Origin: a virus
Lineage: Duplodnaviria > Caudoviricetes
Virus record (IMG/VR): IMGVR_UViG_3300021431_000005
Coordinates: 1 to 64,000 of that record
Length of the DNA: 64,000 nt
Strand: one strand, 5' to 3'
Under the pieces are notes generated by a model that ran no database searches, was not told the origin of the DNA, and was given only the letters and a program-made list of their open reading frames with translations. The translations under genes and the position numbers were made by a program. Positions 1 through 10,531 of the stretch are shown here, one piece after another (the first letter of the stretch is position 1; every line of letters starts with the position of its first letter).

Positions 1-1
1 T

Positions 2-190
2 TCAACAGTAGAAGCTGAATCTACGTGGGTAATTAACAAATGGCAAGTTAAAAAGGTGCTTGGCTCCTTTAACGATGAACAACTTGACAAGATAGCATAT
101 GCTATGGTTTTTGCGGAGCCGATTGTGGCGAGAGCATTTTCTATTGGCATTCAGGACGACGAGAATTTTGTAAGAGTTCTTAGTTCTTGA
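2..190 (+). CDS. 3' end of a PemK/MazF-like protein (partial, runs off window start)
   Basis: Not in the ORF track. Frame 2 reads STVEAESTWVINKWQVKKVLGSFNDEQLDKIAYAMVFAEPIVARAFSIGIQDDENFVRVLSS*, resembling the MazF/NdoA C-terminal pattern (S.vl.Eqi.tIdK..l...ig.l..e.m.kv..Al). Confidence 0.55.
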   Translation, partial: STVEAESTWVINKWQVKKVLGSFNDEQLDKIAYAMVFAEPIVARAFSIGIQDDENFVRVLSS

Positions 191-215
191 CAATAATCTT
201 TAATGATGTTATAAT
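187..215 (+). promoter_or_regulatory. Consensus sigma-A promoter for the MrpR-like gene
   Basis: TTGACA (187-192), 17 bp, TATAAT (210-215), with an extended -10 TG. Confidence 0.85.
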
Positions 216-261
216 AATAGTGTCCGATTGTTGGGATAAAAATGCAAAGGATGAATTACTT

Positions 262-1200
262 ATGACATTAATAGAGTGCTTAAACAACATAGAACAGAAT
301 TGTTATAATCCAAAATTAAAAAAAGAATTCATAATCTCCCAATGCGCCGATAATGAAGGGGTAGCATGGGATTATTATTTGACTTTTAAAGGGCTGAGTA
401 GATTTGAGAAATTCTTTTCGAGAGACCTTCTTTGGTTTACACGAAATCAACTATTGTCGGTGTTTGAAACTATTACAAGTACATCGTCGTCATTTGAGGA
501 AACTTGTAGGAGACTTAAGAATTATTATTCGTTTCATGAAAGAGCATTCCCAAATATTAGCTACGATTGTCTTGATATGAGTGAGAGTCTAAGAGCAAAC
601 TCTATTCGTGACAACGGCGAATTTAGGACTTTACTACAAACAGAATTTCAAGACGACTCTAAAAACACTCTTGATATTATTCGTAAGACGTGTCTGATCC
701 TGTTGTACTTAGGGGTCAACAAAAACGATATTGTCAAGATAAAGAAGGACGAAGTTGATTGCGACAATGGAACAGTATTTGTTTCTTCAAACAACAAAAC
801 GATAGATATTCTGTATATATTGCCTGACGATTGTGTAGACACGATTAGATTGTGTAAGTCTATGACAAACTATAACTCAATTTTCGGAGAGAAGAAATTG
901 ATTGATTCAGATTTGCTGATCAGAAGAGATTCGTCTAGCAGTGCAGATTCTTCGCCCACATTGTTTGTTGAAAAGATATTTGCTAACCATTTTAAAAGTT
1001 GCGACAAGAGATTAAACCCAACGAGAGTTGTTGAATCCGGCTATTACTATTGGATGTATAAGAAAGAAACTGAACTTGGTAGAGATTTTGAAATTAACGA
1101 ATTTAAAGAGTATACCACTATATTCTTTGGTAAATCATTAAAAAAATATATGCACTATTTTCAGAATTATGTTTCATGGAAAAGAGCATATTATAAATAA
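262..1200 (+). CDS. Tyrosine-recombinase-fold protein, likely MrpR/YopR-like phage master repressor
   Basis: N-terminal YN..LK.EFI / FEKFFSRDL..F pattern and an integrase-like core (LILLYLGV..DIVKIKKDEVD). The catalytic R and HxxR are absent (LNPTRVVESG). Start moved to ATG 262 because the tracked TTG overlaps the -35 box. Confidence 0.65.
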   Translation: MTLIECLNNIEQNCYNPKLKKEFIISQCADNEGVAWDYYLTFKGLSRFEKFFSRDLLWFTRNQLLSVFETITSTSSSFEETCRRLKNYYSFHERAFPNISYDCLDMSESLRANSIRDNGEFRTLLQTEFQDDSKNTLDIIRKTCLILLYLGVNKNDIVKIKKDEVDCDNGTVFVSSNNKTIDILYILPDDCVDTIRLCKSMTNYNSIFGEKKLIDSDLLIRRDSSSSADSSPTLFVEKIFANHFKSCDKRLNPTRVVESGYYYWMYKKETELGRDFEINEFKEYTTIFFGKSLKKYMHYFQNYVSWKRAYYK

Positions 1201-1206
1201 TTATTG

Positions 1207-1243
1207 CAGGGATTGTTCAATATGACAGTCCCTGTTTTGTTTT
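1207..1243 (+). terminator. Rho-independent terminator
   Basis: cagggattgt...gacagtccctg hairpin followed by ttttgtttt. Confidence 0.7.
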
Positions 1244-1264
1244 GCAAGAAGAAAGGGGAAGCGT

Positions 1265-1867
1265 ATGGCTAATAACGAAAAAGAAAAGAATTATTTTCAG
1301 AGTCTGTATGACGTTGATGTCTCAGACAAGGCTCGTGAGAAAGGAAGTCTAACCTATTTACCGTGGAGTTCGGTTTGGGCAGAAGTAAAAAAGAGATTTC
1401 CAAATTCCAACTATGTGGTCTATGAGAACGAAAATGGTCGTCCGTGGTTTGACGACGGTCACACAGCTTGGGTCAAGACAGGTGTTACAATTAATGATAT
1501 TGAACATATTGAGTATCTGCCAATCATGAACTTTAAAAATCAGTCTATAGAATCCGAAAAGGTTACTTCGATGGACGCAAATAAGGCTATACAAAGAAGT
1601 ATAACGAAAGCCTGTGGTCGCCACGGCCTCGGTCTATATGTCTATGAGGGAGAAGACATTCCTGAGGCGGTATCAAAGTTACAGGTTCAAAACGAAACAA
1701 ACTTTAAACTTGCTCAAAAGATAGCAGAAGGTGGCGACGAGAAAACGAAGCTTGTGTCCGAAGCCATTCGTCAATACGAGCCTTCTGGTAATCCAAGAAA
1801 AGTAGAAGATATAAACGTGTCCATGCAGATTTATGATGCACTAATGGCGATTAAAAGAAATAAATAA
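1265..1867 (+). CDS. Single-strand annealing protein (Sak/DUF1071-like)
   Basis: LTYLPWS.VWAEVKK, WVKTGVTI..IEHIEYLPIMNFKNQSI and DANKAIQRSITKACGRHGLGLYVYEGED motifs; adjacent to SSB. Confidence 0.85.
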   Translation: MANNEKEKNYFQSLYDVDVSDKAREKGSLTYLPWSSVWAEVKKRFPNSNYVVYENENGRPWFDDGHTAWVKTGVTINDIEHIEYLPIMNFKNQSIESEKVTSMDANKAIQRSITKACGRHGLGLYVYEGEDIPEAVSKLQVQNETNFKLAQKIAEGGDEKTKLVSEAIRQYEPSGNPRKVEDINVSMQIYDALMAIKRNK

Positions 1868-1883
1868 AGAGAGGTAATTACAT

Positions 1884-2381
1884 ATGATTAACTTTAACAG
1901 TGTTTATGCAAGCGTATTCAGACCTGATACCGACAACGACAAGTATGTCAAGGCAAACATTTCAACAAGTAGAAAGGATCAGAACGATGAGTATATCAAC
2001 TCAAACTGGTTCGGATATTTCCTTGGAAGGGCAAAGGATAAGGCGGCGAAACTCAATGACGGAGCGCGTATTTTTATCGTGTCTGGCGGTGTAACAAATG
2101 AAAAGTTTACAGATAAAAATGGTGACGACAAATACTTCGTGTCCGTTAAGATTTTCGACTTCGTAATCCTTGACAATAAAGAGGACGAAAGTGGTGGTAG
2201 AAAGAAGTCAGCCAAGAAGTCAAAGAAAAGAAGTGTTGACGACGAGGAAGATTTTCTCGAAGACATAGACGATGAGGATGAAGTATCGTCCAAGAAGCCA
2301 GCGAGAAAGAGTGCGGGAAAGAAGCGAACCAAGAAAGCTGAAGATTTTGATTATGATGATGACGACGGAATTCCGTTTTGA
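1884..2381 (+). CDS. ssb: Single-stranded DNA-binding protein
   Basis: OB-fold-sized N-terminus and acidic tail ending DDDDGIPF. Confidence 0.8.
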   Translation: MINFNSVYASVFRPDTDNDKYVKANISTSRKDQNDEYINSNWFGYFLGRAKDKAAKLNDGARIFIVSGGVTNEKFTDKNGDDKYFVSVKIFDFVILDNKEDESGGRKKSAKKSKKRSVDDEEDFLEDIDDEDEVSSKKPARKSAGKKRTKKAEDFDYDDDDGIPF

Positions 2382-2407
2382 TTTGAATAAAAAATAATTA
2401 ACATAGG

Positions 2408-2436
2408 AGGGTGTTCTGAAAGGAACACCCTTTTTT
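2408..2436 (+). terminator. Rho-independent terminator
   Basis: agggtgttc-tgaaag-gaacaccct followed by a T run. Confidence 0.75.
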
Positions 2437-2454
2437 ACTATTATGGAGGTAATC

Positions 2455-3057
2455 ATGATTACGGTAGATATTGAAAAGGAAACAAAACGTTTTGACGAAA
2501 TGCTATTAAGTACTGAGAGAGAGGGCGTGGATAAGTTAATCGCTTATCTGCATACAACAGATTTTTATTCGGCTCCTGCAAGTACACGATTCCATATGTC
2601 TTGTCCGGGTGGACTTCTTAAACATTCGTTAAATGTTGCCGAACTTCTTTTATCAAAGTTCAGCGACGACAAAGAACCGTGGGGAGATATGGGCGTAACC
2701 AAGGAAACCATTATAATAGTGGCTCTTTGTCATGATTTATGTAAGGCAAATTTTTACAAGGTCGAAATGCGTAACCGTAAAAATGAAAAAGGGGCTTGGG
2801 AACAGTATCCTTTCTATGTGATTGACGATCAGAGTCCATATGGTCACGGAGAAAAATCGGCTATGATTGCGGCAAACTTTATAAAACTTTCCGCAGAGGA
2901 GCGATACGCTATTCGTTGGCACATGGGATTTAGCGAACCCCAGTCCAATTATCAGTATGTAGGCAAGGCGATGGAAAAATATCCGCTTGTACTTGCTTTA
3001 AACGAAGCCGATTTAGAAGCAACTTATATTTTAGAAAGCGAGTCGAACGATGGCTGA
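2455..3057 (+). CDS. HD-domain phosphohydrolase
   Basis: FYSAPASTRFH...GGLLKHSLNV...ALCHDLCK...GHGEKS...AIRWHMG...EAD. Confidence 0.85.
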   Translation: MITVDIEKETKRFDEMLLSTEREGVDKLIAYLHTTDFYSAPASTRFHMSCPGGLLKHSLNVAELLLSKFSDDKEPWGDMGVTKETIIIVALCHDLCKANFYKVEMRNRKNEKGAWEQYPFYVIDDQSPYGHGEKSAMIAANFIKLSAEERYAIRWHMGFSEPQSNYQYVGKAMEKYPLVLALNEADLEATYILESESNDG

Positions 3058-3511
3058 GAAACTTGTAAAATGTAGATACTGCCACTGTAAACATCCAGAA
3101 GATCGGAGACCACCCGAAGAAATGATAAGAGGCAATGGTTTTACATATTACCATGCCGAATGTGCAAAAGAACGAGATTTGATAAACAGGATTGTTGAGT
3201 ATTACACCACAAACGTTGATGACAGGGTTACGATCGCACAGCTGCGTAGCGTTGTAAATAATATAATATTCAAGAAAAAGGTTCCTGCCGAAGAACTCTT
3301 GTTTGATCTTACATATGTTCATCAGCATGGCAGTAAGATAAACTCTCCATATAGTTTACATTATATAATAAGCAATAAAAAAGTTCAAAATGAGTATAAG
3401 AAATATTTAGAAACTAAAGCTCCCATAATAGATATATCATCTATTGAGACAAGTGAAGAAACTCAATTTGTATATAACAAAAAGAAAACAGGATTTGGAG
3501 ATATTTTTTAG
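3050..3511 (+). CDS. Hypothetical protein with N-terminal Cys/His motif; possible helicase loader/initiator
   Basis: CRYC...HAEC motif; directly upstream of dnaB. Confidence 0.45.
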   Translation: MAEKLVKCRYCHCKHPEDRRPPEEMIRGNGFTYYHAECAKERDLINRIVEYYTTNVDDRVTIAQLRSVVNNIIFKKKVPAEELLFDLTYVHQHGSKINSPYSLHYIISNKKVQNEYKKYLETKAPIIDISSIETSEETQFVYNKKKTGFGDIF

Positions 3512-3525
3512 GAAGGTGATAACGT

Positions 3526-4863
3526 GTGGCAAAACTATCTCTAAAAGATGATTTAGCGGAAGCGGGTGTAATAGCCACACTCGTTTGTCATCCAGATTAT
3601 CTTTTCAAAAGCACCAGTTTAAAAGCAAGACATTTTTATAACACAGATAACGGCTGTATTTTTTGGGCAATATCGGAACTGATTAAGAGTGGCGTAACAA
3701 ATATAGACGCCATTAACTTGGAGAATATGATTAGCTCAAATAAATCTGTCACGAGGATTCTTAAAGAGAGTAACATAACGGATATGAATGAATATATTCG
3801 TCTTTGTTCCAAGGCTTCTCGTGGTTCGATCGAAGAGTATGCGCTCTTGGCTAAGAAAGTCAAAGAGCTTGCTTTCAAAAGAGAGTATTACAATATGCTT
3901 TCCGAGTTACAAAATGATTGCACTAATGACACCGATCTTAACAAGATAAGTGCGGAAACATATTCAAGGCTTTCAAAGTTGACTCAGAACTTTGTTGTTG
4001 ATGAAAGCGTAGAACTTTTCGGGACAAAAGTCGATTCGTTATGGGAAGAGATTGAGAGCAGAAGAACAGACAACGGATTGTTCGGCATTCCCTCAAAGTT
4101 TAACTTACTCAATAACTATATCACATATGAACCGACAGAATTGGTTCTGCTAAAAGCAAGAATGAAAAAAGGTAAGTCGGCGTGGATGATGAACGAAGCG
4201 ATTCATAAAATCAAGATGGGTATACCAACTGTTTATTTTGATACTGAAATGGCTGACAGATTATTCTTTGAAAGAATGCTTGCAAATATATCCAATGTTG
4301 ATTTAAAGAAGATAAAGTCGGGTTTATACGATGCAGAAGAATCGAAAAGAATCGGCTTAGCAAGAGAGTGGTTAAAAGAACAGCCATTCGTTCACATATA
4401 TGATCCGCAATTTACGAATGATAAGATTTACGCTACTTGCAATATCCTTATGTACAAAATGGATTTGCAGTTTGTAATATTTGATTATATGAAATCAAAC
4501 ACGCTAGATTCTTCATCTCAATACAACGAGTTGGGAGGTAAGTGTGATTTCTTGAAAAACAATATAGCAGGAGACTTAGACCTTTCTGTATTGGCTGCTT
4601 GTCAGTTAAACAGAAATAACGAGGTTGCCGACTCTGATAAAATTGAAAGATATTGCAGTGCTTCGCTTTTATGGCGAAACAAGACCGTAGAAGAGCAATC
4701 TGTTGACGGTCAAAACTGTGGCAATTACAGGCTTTCAGTAACACTAAATAGACTCGGCGAACAAATGCAGGAGAATGAGTATATTGATTTTGTTTTCGAT
4801 GGAAGCAAGATGCGGATAGATGAATCCAAGAATCAGCATAAGATTGAAGAGGCAGATATTTAA
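3526..4863 (+). CDS. dnaB: Replicative DnaB-like helicase
   Basis: N-terminal AEAGVIATL domain, variant Walker A ARMKKGKS, FDTEM, VIFDY, AACQLNR, ADSDKIE. Confidence 0.9.
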   Translation: MAKLSLKDDLAEAGVIATLVCHPDYLFKSTSLKARHFYNTDNGCIFWAISELIKSGVTNIDAINLENMISSNKSVTRILKESNITDMNEYIRLCSKASRGSIEEYALLAKKVKELAFKREYYNMLSELQNDCTNDTDLNKISAETYSRLSKLTQNFVVDESVELFGTKVDSLWEEIESRRTDNGLFGIPSKFNLLNNYITYEPTELVLLKARMKKGKSAWMMNEAIHKIKMGIPTVYFDTEMADRLFFERMLANISNVDLKKIKSGLYDAEESKRIGLAREWLKEQPFVHIYDPQFTNDKIYATCNILMYKMDLQFVIFDYMKSNTLDSSSQYNELGGKCDFLKNNIAGDLDLSVLAACQLNRNNEVADSDKIERYCSASLLWRNKTVEEQSVDGQNCGNYRLSVTLNRLGEQMQENEYIDFVFDGSKMRIDESKNQHKIEEADI

Positions 4864-5865
4864 ATGAGAAGATATGATAGCGATACGCTTCGGACAATTA
4901 AAGAGCGTTTACCATTAAGCCAATACATCAGGAATTATATGGACGTGATACAAAAGAAAGACAAATTGTTTTCTATCTGCCCTTTCCATCACGAAAACAC
5001 TCCCTCATTTATGGTCGATCCAGTAGAGCAAAGATACTATTGTTTCGGTTGTCATTGTAGCGGTGATATATTCGCTTTTATAATGAAGATGGATAACATT
5101 AGTTTTTACGAAGCTGTTGAAAAAGCCGCAAGTTTAACTGGTCAAGATATTCACTGTTCGTCTGATTCGTCTACGCTATCATTCTTAAAACGCTTTGACA
5201 AAAAAGCTTCTGCCAATATCATAACGCATGAACCACTAAGTAAGAGTGTTTATGATTCTTATGATAATTGGATTGAAGAATCATGGGTCAACGAAGGAGT
5301 ACCCTCGGATATGTTTGGGCGGTATGAAATAAAAATCGACCGCAAGAACAACAGAGTGATTTATCCAGTCTATGATACCAATGGCAATTTTATAAACATA
5401 AAAGGTCGGACTCGGTATTCAAATTTTAAGGAACGTGGTGTGCCAAAATACATCAACTATTATAAAGTTGGTGGGCTTGACTATCTGCAAGGGCTACACT
5501 TGACACGTAACGAAATCATAAAGAAAAAAGAGATAATCGTGTTCGAGGGGGTAAAGAGTTGTATGAAGGCGGAGGGATATGGTTTCCACAATGTTGTGTC
5601 TGCCGAAACGTCGTCGTTGACTCTGAATCAAATTGAACTTTTATTGTCACTACAAGTTGCTGTGGTCATTGCATTTGATAAGGATAAAACATTGAATGAT
5701 TTTTGTAATAAAAATCTTCGTCGGCTTAGACAGTTTGCGCCACTTTATTATATAGACGATGTTGACGGTTTGCTTGGAGATGCGTCAGAAAAAAACTCGC
5801 CAGTCGATTTGGGAATGGAAACTTGGATAAAGCTGTACGAAAGCAGAAAAGAGGTGAAAAAGTGA
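4864..5865 (+). CDS. dnaG: DNA primase (CHC2 zinc finger + TOPRIM)
   Basis: CPFHHENTPSF...YYCFGC; VFEGVKS; AFDKD. Confidence 0.9.
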   Translation: MRRYDSDTLRTIKERLPLSQYIRNYMDVIQKKDKLFSICPFHHENTPSFMVDPVEQRYYCFGCHCSGDIFAFIMKMDNISFYEAVEKAASLTGQDIHCSSDSSTLSFLKRFDKKASANIITHEPLSKSVYDSYDNWIEESWVNEGVPSDMFGRYEIKIDRKNNRVIYPVYDTNGNFINIKGRTRYSNFKERGVPKYINYYKVGGLDYLQGLHLTRNEIIKKKEIIVFEGVKSCMKAEGYGFHNVVSAETSSLTLNQIELLLSLQVAVVIAFDKDKTLNDFCNKNLRRLRQFAPLYYIDDVDGLLGDASEKNSPVDLGMETWIKLYESRKEVKK

Positions 5866-6641
5866 GCAGTTACAACTTTCTACTGGACGGTATTACTTGG
5901 AGTTATAGTAATCTCAAATGCTTTGAAGATTGTCCTCGCGCATGGTATTTAAAATACATAGAGTGTAGGAACACAGACAGCGATAATATTTATGCACAGT
6001 TCGGGACTTTTTGTCACAAGCTGCTTGAATACTATTTTAAAGGCATATATCAAAAGGATGAACTGATAAATATTTACGAAAGAGATTTTTATGATTACGT
6101 CGAAGATGCTATTACTCTAAAAAACAATCCAACAGAAAAACTCTATGGATTCGGATACAAGTATTTCTCTAACATCAATCTTGACAGGGATCTTATTAAG
6201 CCTATTTACATAGAGCAAGAAGTGAAATTTAAAATAGACCGATATTCCTTCAGAGGTTTTATCGACCTAATGCACAAAGACGAAAAAGGTAGCTTGATAA
6301 TACTTGACCATAAAACAAGTGAATACCCTGTGGGTAAAAAAGGAGCGATAAAAAAATCCAAAGAGCAAATGATGAAGGGATATACAAGACAACTCGCATT
6401 ATATGCTTACGGAGTTGAACAGAGTGTCGGGAAAAGACCTGAATATATCGGTTGGAATTTTATTCGTGAGGGGAAAGAATACATAATTAAATTGAGTGAC
6501 AGCATCATACTCGATGCCTTAAATTGGGCTACCGATATAATACGTTCGATTTATCGAAAAGAAGACTTCGAGAAAAAAGAATCGTACATTATGTGTTCTG
6601 TCTTGTGTGATTCCAAAAGGGCTTGTTGGGAGGATAGTTGA
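5862..6641 (+). CDS. PD-(D/E)XK nuclease, Cas4/AddB-like with Fe-S cysteines
   Basis: WSYS..K.F..CP..W, GTFCH, GFIDL...ILDHKT, QLALY and C-terminal CSVLC...C. GTG start after a GAGGTG RBS. Confidence 0.8.
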   Translation: MSSYNFLLDGITWSYSNLKCFEDCPRAWYLKYIECRNTDSDNIYAQFGTFCHKLLEYYFKGIYQKDELINIYERDFYDYVEDAITLKNNPTEKLYGFGYKYFSNINLDRDLIKPIYIEQEVKFKIDRYSFRGFIDLMHKDEKGSLIILDHKTSEYPVGKKGAIKKSKEQMMKGYTRQLALYAYGVEQSVGKRPEYIGWNFIREGKEYIIKLSDSIILDALNWATDIIRSIYRKEDFEKKESYIMCSVLCDSKRACWEDS

Positions 6642-9600
6642 TGTCTGTCAAAAATTATACAGCTTATCATGTCCATACAATGCTTAGTTCTGGAATAACA
6701 AATGTGGACAGCGTATCCACTTATAAAGATTATGTGGAACTTGCCAAAAGCTATGGCATGAAAGCGCTGGCGTTCAGCGAACATGGTTCGGTTCTTGAAT
6801 GGGTTCATAAAAAGAATGCAATCGAAGCAGCGGGAATGAAGTATATTCATGCCGAAGAGTTTTATCTCACCGAAAGCATTGACCCTGAGATTCCTATTCG
6901 AGACAATTACCATTGTGTATTGATAGCAAAAAACTATCAGGGTGTTCGTGAATTAAATAAATTATCGTCCATTTCTTTTCGGAGAGATGGACATTTTTAT
7001 TATGTACCAAGAATTTCTTTTGAAGAACTTGAAAATACTTCTGACAATATAATTGTCACATCTGCTTGTATCGGCGGAGCGTTAGCATCTGATAATAGAA
7101 CGGCAGCGAACAGATTCATGACTTTTATGAGAAAGAATCGTTCTAGGTGTTTCTTAGAGATACAGCATCACAACGTTGATAGACAGAAGAAGTATAATAA
7201 GTGGTTGTATGAACAATCGAGAAAATGGGGGATACCTTTGATTGCGGGAACCGATAGCCACGCCCATACGTTTACTTCGGTTCTTGGTCGAAAGATATTA
7301 CAGCAATCAAAAGACATCAGTTTCGATAATGAGGATGGTTGGGATTTAGTGTTTAAAAGTTACGACGAATTGGTTGAAGCTTATAAAGAACAAGGAGCCT
7401 TACCAATAGAAGCCTGCCTCGAAGCAATCGAAAATACAAATGTAATGGCTGATATGATCGAGCCATTTGAACTTGATTATTCAAAGAAGTATCCAGTGTT
7501 GTATGATGACTCGCTAAAAACTTTGAAAGAGAAGATTTGGGCGGGAATCAAGGAACGCGGAATTGATAAGCTGCCGAACTATGACGAGTACAAAAAGCGG
7601 ATTGTGTACGAGATTGATACCTTTGTACACAATGGCGCAGTTGACTTCCTATTGCTTGAAGAAGATTATAAAAAAGCAATGAAAGAAAATGGAGTTAAGT
7701 ACGGTTATTCAAGAGGATCGGTTTCTGGAAGTCTTGTAGCATATCTTTTGGGAATAACCGAGGTTGATTCAGTTAAGTACAATCTAAATTTCGAGCGCTT
7801 TATGAACATCGAAAGGGTTAGCCTTGCTGACGTAGACACAGACTGGTTCGATACAGACAGGGACAAAGTAAGAGACTATCTATTCGGCAAAGAAGGACTC
7901 TCTTGCTGCAACATTATTACATTCAATACTATCAAAATGCGTGGTGCTATCAAAGATGTGGGCAGGGCTTTGGGATACACACCCGTCGAAACCCAAGAGA
8001 TATGCAACCAAGTATACGAAGAAGATAAAAAGGAACTAATCCCCGACGAGATTCGGGAAAAGCACAAGAAACTGTTTGAGTACGTTGACATTCTTCAAGG
8101 TACGATAACAAGCCTTGGCAGACACGCGGCGGGTCTTGTAGTCTCTCCATACGATGTGGAAGAAGAGTTCGGAACGCTATATATATCAAGCAGCGACAGA
8201 CCAATCTCACAGATAAACATGAAAGAGATTGATTCTCTGAACTATGTAAAACTCGATATTCTTGGGCTTGACTGCGTTGGTCTAATTAGTCGAACTTGCG
8301 AAATGGCAGGGATTCCATATCTCACTCCTGATAACACGAACTACAATGATATGAATGTGTGGGACGATATTGCAAAGGATACCACAATGATTTTCCAATT
8401 TGAATCGGGGTACGCAAGCGATTATCTCAAGCACATTCTGCAACCCGAAATCATCGAGAGAGTCAAAGAACAAAACCCAAACTTTAACTATCTTGACCTT
8501 ATGAGCATGGCGAATGGAGCTATCCGTCCTGCTGGCGCTTCATACAGAGACCAACTTAGTGAAGGAATATTCCGAGACAACGGCAACGACGAGCTGAATA
8601 AGTTTCTCGCGCCGACTCTTGGATACTTAGTGTATCAGGAACAGATAATCGAGTTTTTGCACAAGTTCTGCGGGTTCACAATGGGCGAAGCAGATATTGT
8701 CCGCCGACATTTTAGCAAGAAGACTGGTACAGAAACCGACATTCCTATTATAAAGAATGGAGGGAATCTTACCGTATCTCATGACATAAAGGGTTTTGTT
8801 CAAACCATGGAGGACGATTACGGCGTCGCACCAAAAGAGTCAGAGAAGATAATTGAGTCGTTCCTTCAAGTGATCGAGGACGCAAGTGATTATCTCTTTT
8901 CGTATAACCACGCTTTGCCTTATTCATTTATGGGTTTTGCAGTTGGTTATCTGAGGCATTATTATCCATTAGAAACTTGTACAACAGCTTTAAATATCTA
9001 CAAGGATAAGGAAGAAAAGCTAAAAGCAATAACGGAGTACACACTCAGGCAAGGCATTAAAATAGCACCTATCAAATTCAGATATTCGAGAGCCAACTAT
9101 ACTTTGGACAAAGACAACAGGACGATATACAAGGGATTGTCATCGGTCAAATTCTTAAATAACTCAGTCAGTGAAGCGTTGTATCGGCTTAGAGACAAAA
9201 AGTTTGACAGCTTTATTGAATTTCTCAAAGTCAACCCATGCGATGCAAGACAAACAAATGTTCTAATCAGGCTCAACTTCTTCTCGGAATTCGGAGAGAT
9301 AGGAAAGTTGTTAAGGGTATACGAGATTTTCGATATGTTGAACGGCAGAAAGATTATAAATAAGGGTTCACCCATAGACTTCGGGTCGGAGATAATGAGC
9401 GAGTTCTGTACCGAAACAGATAAACAGTATCGCAATATAAAAACAGATGAATTCATGTCGTACTTAGAAAGAAATATTCCTGAGACAAAATGGTCGGTAA
9501 AGAAAATAATAAATGACCAAAAGGAGTTTTTGGGATACATTGATTACGTTGATCCTGAATCAACAAAACAAGTAATAGTGCTTGATGTAAACACTAAATA

Positions 9601-9817
9601 CACTCCAAAACTAACAGTGTATTCTCTTTCTAAAGGAAACACAATCGACATGAAGATAAAGAACACCTTGTTTAAAAAGAACAAAATATGTGAGGGCATG
9701 ATAATAAAAATAAAGGAGTGCCAAAAGAAACCCGCTTACAAGAAAACGGATGATGGTTTTGAAATAATACCAAATAAATTCAATTGGTGGATTCAGGGAT
9801 TGGAGGTGGTTGAATGA
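6638..9817 (+). CDS. dnaE: DNA polymerase III alpha subunit (PHP + family C polymerase)
   Basis: YHVHT PHP motif, SRGSVSGS, FERF, ADVDTD, GRHAAG, KLDILGL, YQEQ. Confidence 0.95.
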   Translation: MMSVKNYTAYHVHTMLSSGITNVDSVSTYKDYVELAKSYGMKALAFSEHGSVLEWVHKKNAIEAAGMKYIHAEEFYLTESIDPEIPIRDNYHCVLIAKNYQGVRELNKLSSISFRRDGHFYYVPRISFEELENTSDNIIVTSACIGGALASDNRTAANRFMTFMRKNRSRCFLEIQHHNVDRQKKYNKWLYEQSRKWGIPLIAGTDSHAHTFTSVLGRKILQQSKDISFDNEDGWDLVFKSYDELVEAYKEQGALPIEACLEAIENTNVMADMIEPFELDYSKKYPVLYDDSLKTLKEKIWAGIKERGIDKLPNYDEYKKRIVYEIDTFVHNGAVDFLLLEEDYKKAMKENGVKYGYSRGSVSGSLVAYLLGITEVDSVKYNLNFERFMNIERVSLADVDTDWFDTDRDKVRDYLFGKEGLSCCNIITFNTIKMRGAIKDVGRALGYTPVETQEICNQVYEEDKKELIPDEIREKHKKLFEYVDILQGTITSLGRHAAGLVVSPYDVEEEFGTLYISSSDRPISQINMKEIDSLNYVKLDILGLDCVGLISRTCEMAGIPYLTPDNTNYNDMNVWDDIAKDTTMIFQFESGYASDYLKHILQPEIIERVKEQNPNFNYLDLMSMANGAIRPAGASYRDQLSEGIFRDNGNDELNKFLAPTLGYLVYQEQIIEFLHKFCGFTMGEADIVRRHFSKKTGTETDIPIIKNGGNLTVSHDIKGFVQTMEDDYGVAPKESEKIIESFLQVIEDASDYLFSYNHALPYSFMGFAVGYLRHYYPLETCTTALNIYKDKEEKLKAITEYTLRQGIKIAPIKFRYSRANYTLDKDNRTIYKGLSSVKFLNNSVSEALYRLRDKKFDSFIEFLKVNPCDARQTNVLIRLNFFSEFGEIGKLLRVYEIFDMLNGRKIINKGSPIDFGSEIMSEFCTETDKQYRNIKTDEFMSYLERNIPETKWSVKKIINDQKEFLGYIDYVDPESTKQVIVLDVNTKYTPKLTVYSLSKGNTIDMKIKNTLFKKNKICEGMIIKIKECQKKPAYKKTDDGFEIIPNKFNWWIQGLEVVE

Positions 9818-10347
9818 TTGAAAAATTCAAGTACACAGACTCGGAGCTTAAAAGCATTATTAATAGTATAGTGATCTTGGTGGATACAAGAGAAAAAAAG
9901 AATCAGCATATCACTAACTATTTTGATGAGCATGGTGTAAAATACGAGCAACGTGCGCTGACTTCGGGAGACTATAGTTTTTATATAAGTCCGAATCCGG
10001 AACTCTCAATTCCAAGACCGTTATATATGGACAGAGAGATAATTATAGAACGCAAGGCGAGCCTCGAAGAATTGTCTGCTAATCTTACTACTGGAAGAAC
10101 TCGTTTTGAAGAAGAGTTCGCCATTAGTAACGCAAAGAAGAAGTATCTTGTGATAGAAAATGCTAATTATTCAGATGTAGTCGAGGGGAATTATAACACT
10201 CAATACAACAAGAAATCCTTTTTGGGAACGTTACACAGTTTCAATCACAAGTATAATCTTGAATTGTGCTTTCTGCCCGATAATAGCTACACACCTATTT
10301 ACATATTATGTGTTTTCAAATACTATCTAAAACACATAATAAAATAA
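9814..10347 (+). CDS. ERCC4/XPF-family nuclease
   Basis: VDTREK...GDY...IERKASLEEL. Confidence 0.85.
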   Translation: MIEKFKYTDSELKSIINSIVILVDTREKKNQHITNYFDEHGVKYEQRALTSGDYSFYISPNPELSIPRPLYMDREIIIERKASLEELSANLTTGRTRFEEEFAISNAKKKYLVIENANYSDVVEGNYNTQYNKKSFLGTLHSFNHKYNLELCFLPDNSYTPIYILCVFKYYLKHIIK

Positions 10348-10364
10348 TTTTAAGGAGGGATCGC

Positions 10365-10523
10365 ATGGATATTAAACCGTGTCAGATCGTTGACGGGAAG
10401 CCGTGTGCCGACCGTGGTTTCGTTTGTTTAACAACCCAAGAAGAAAGAGAAGATTTTAACAGACAGCTCGATATGCTTATCAAGATTCTCGAATCTTCTA
10501 AAATCAAAGAAACAAGCGAATAA
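10365..10523 (+). CDS. Small hypothetical protein
   Basis: AAGGAGG RBS upstream of ATG 10365. Confidence 0.6.
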   Translation: MDIKPCQIVDGKPCADRGFVCLTTQEEREDFNRQLDMLIKILESSKIKETSE

Positions 10524-10531
10524 CAAAGAGA

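Noticed and set aside
5862-6641. CRISPR-Cas system (Cas4)
   Set aside because: No repeat-spacer array or other cas genes; solo Cas4-like nucleases are common in phage replication modules.
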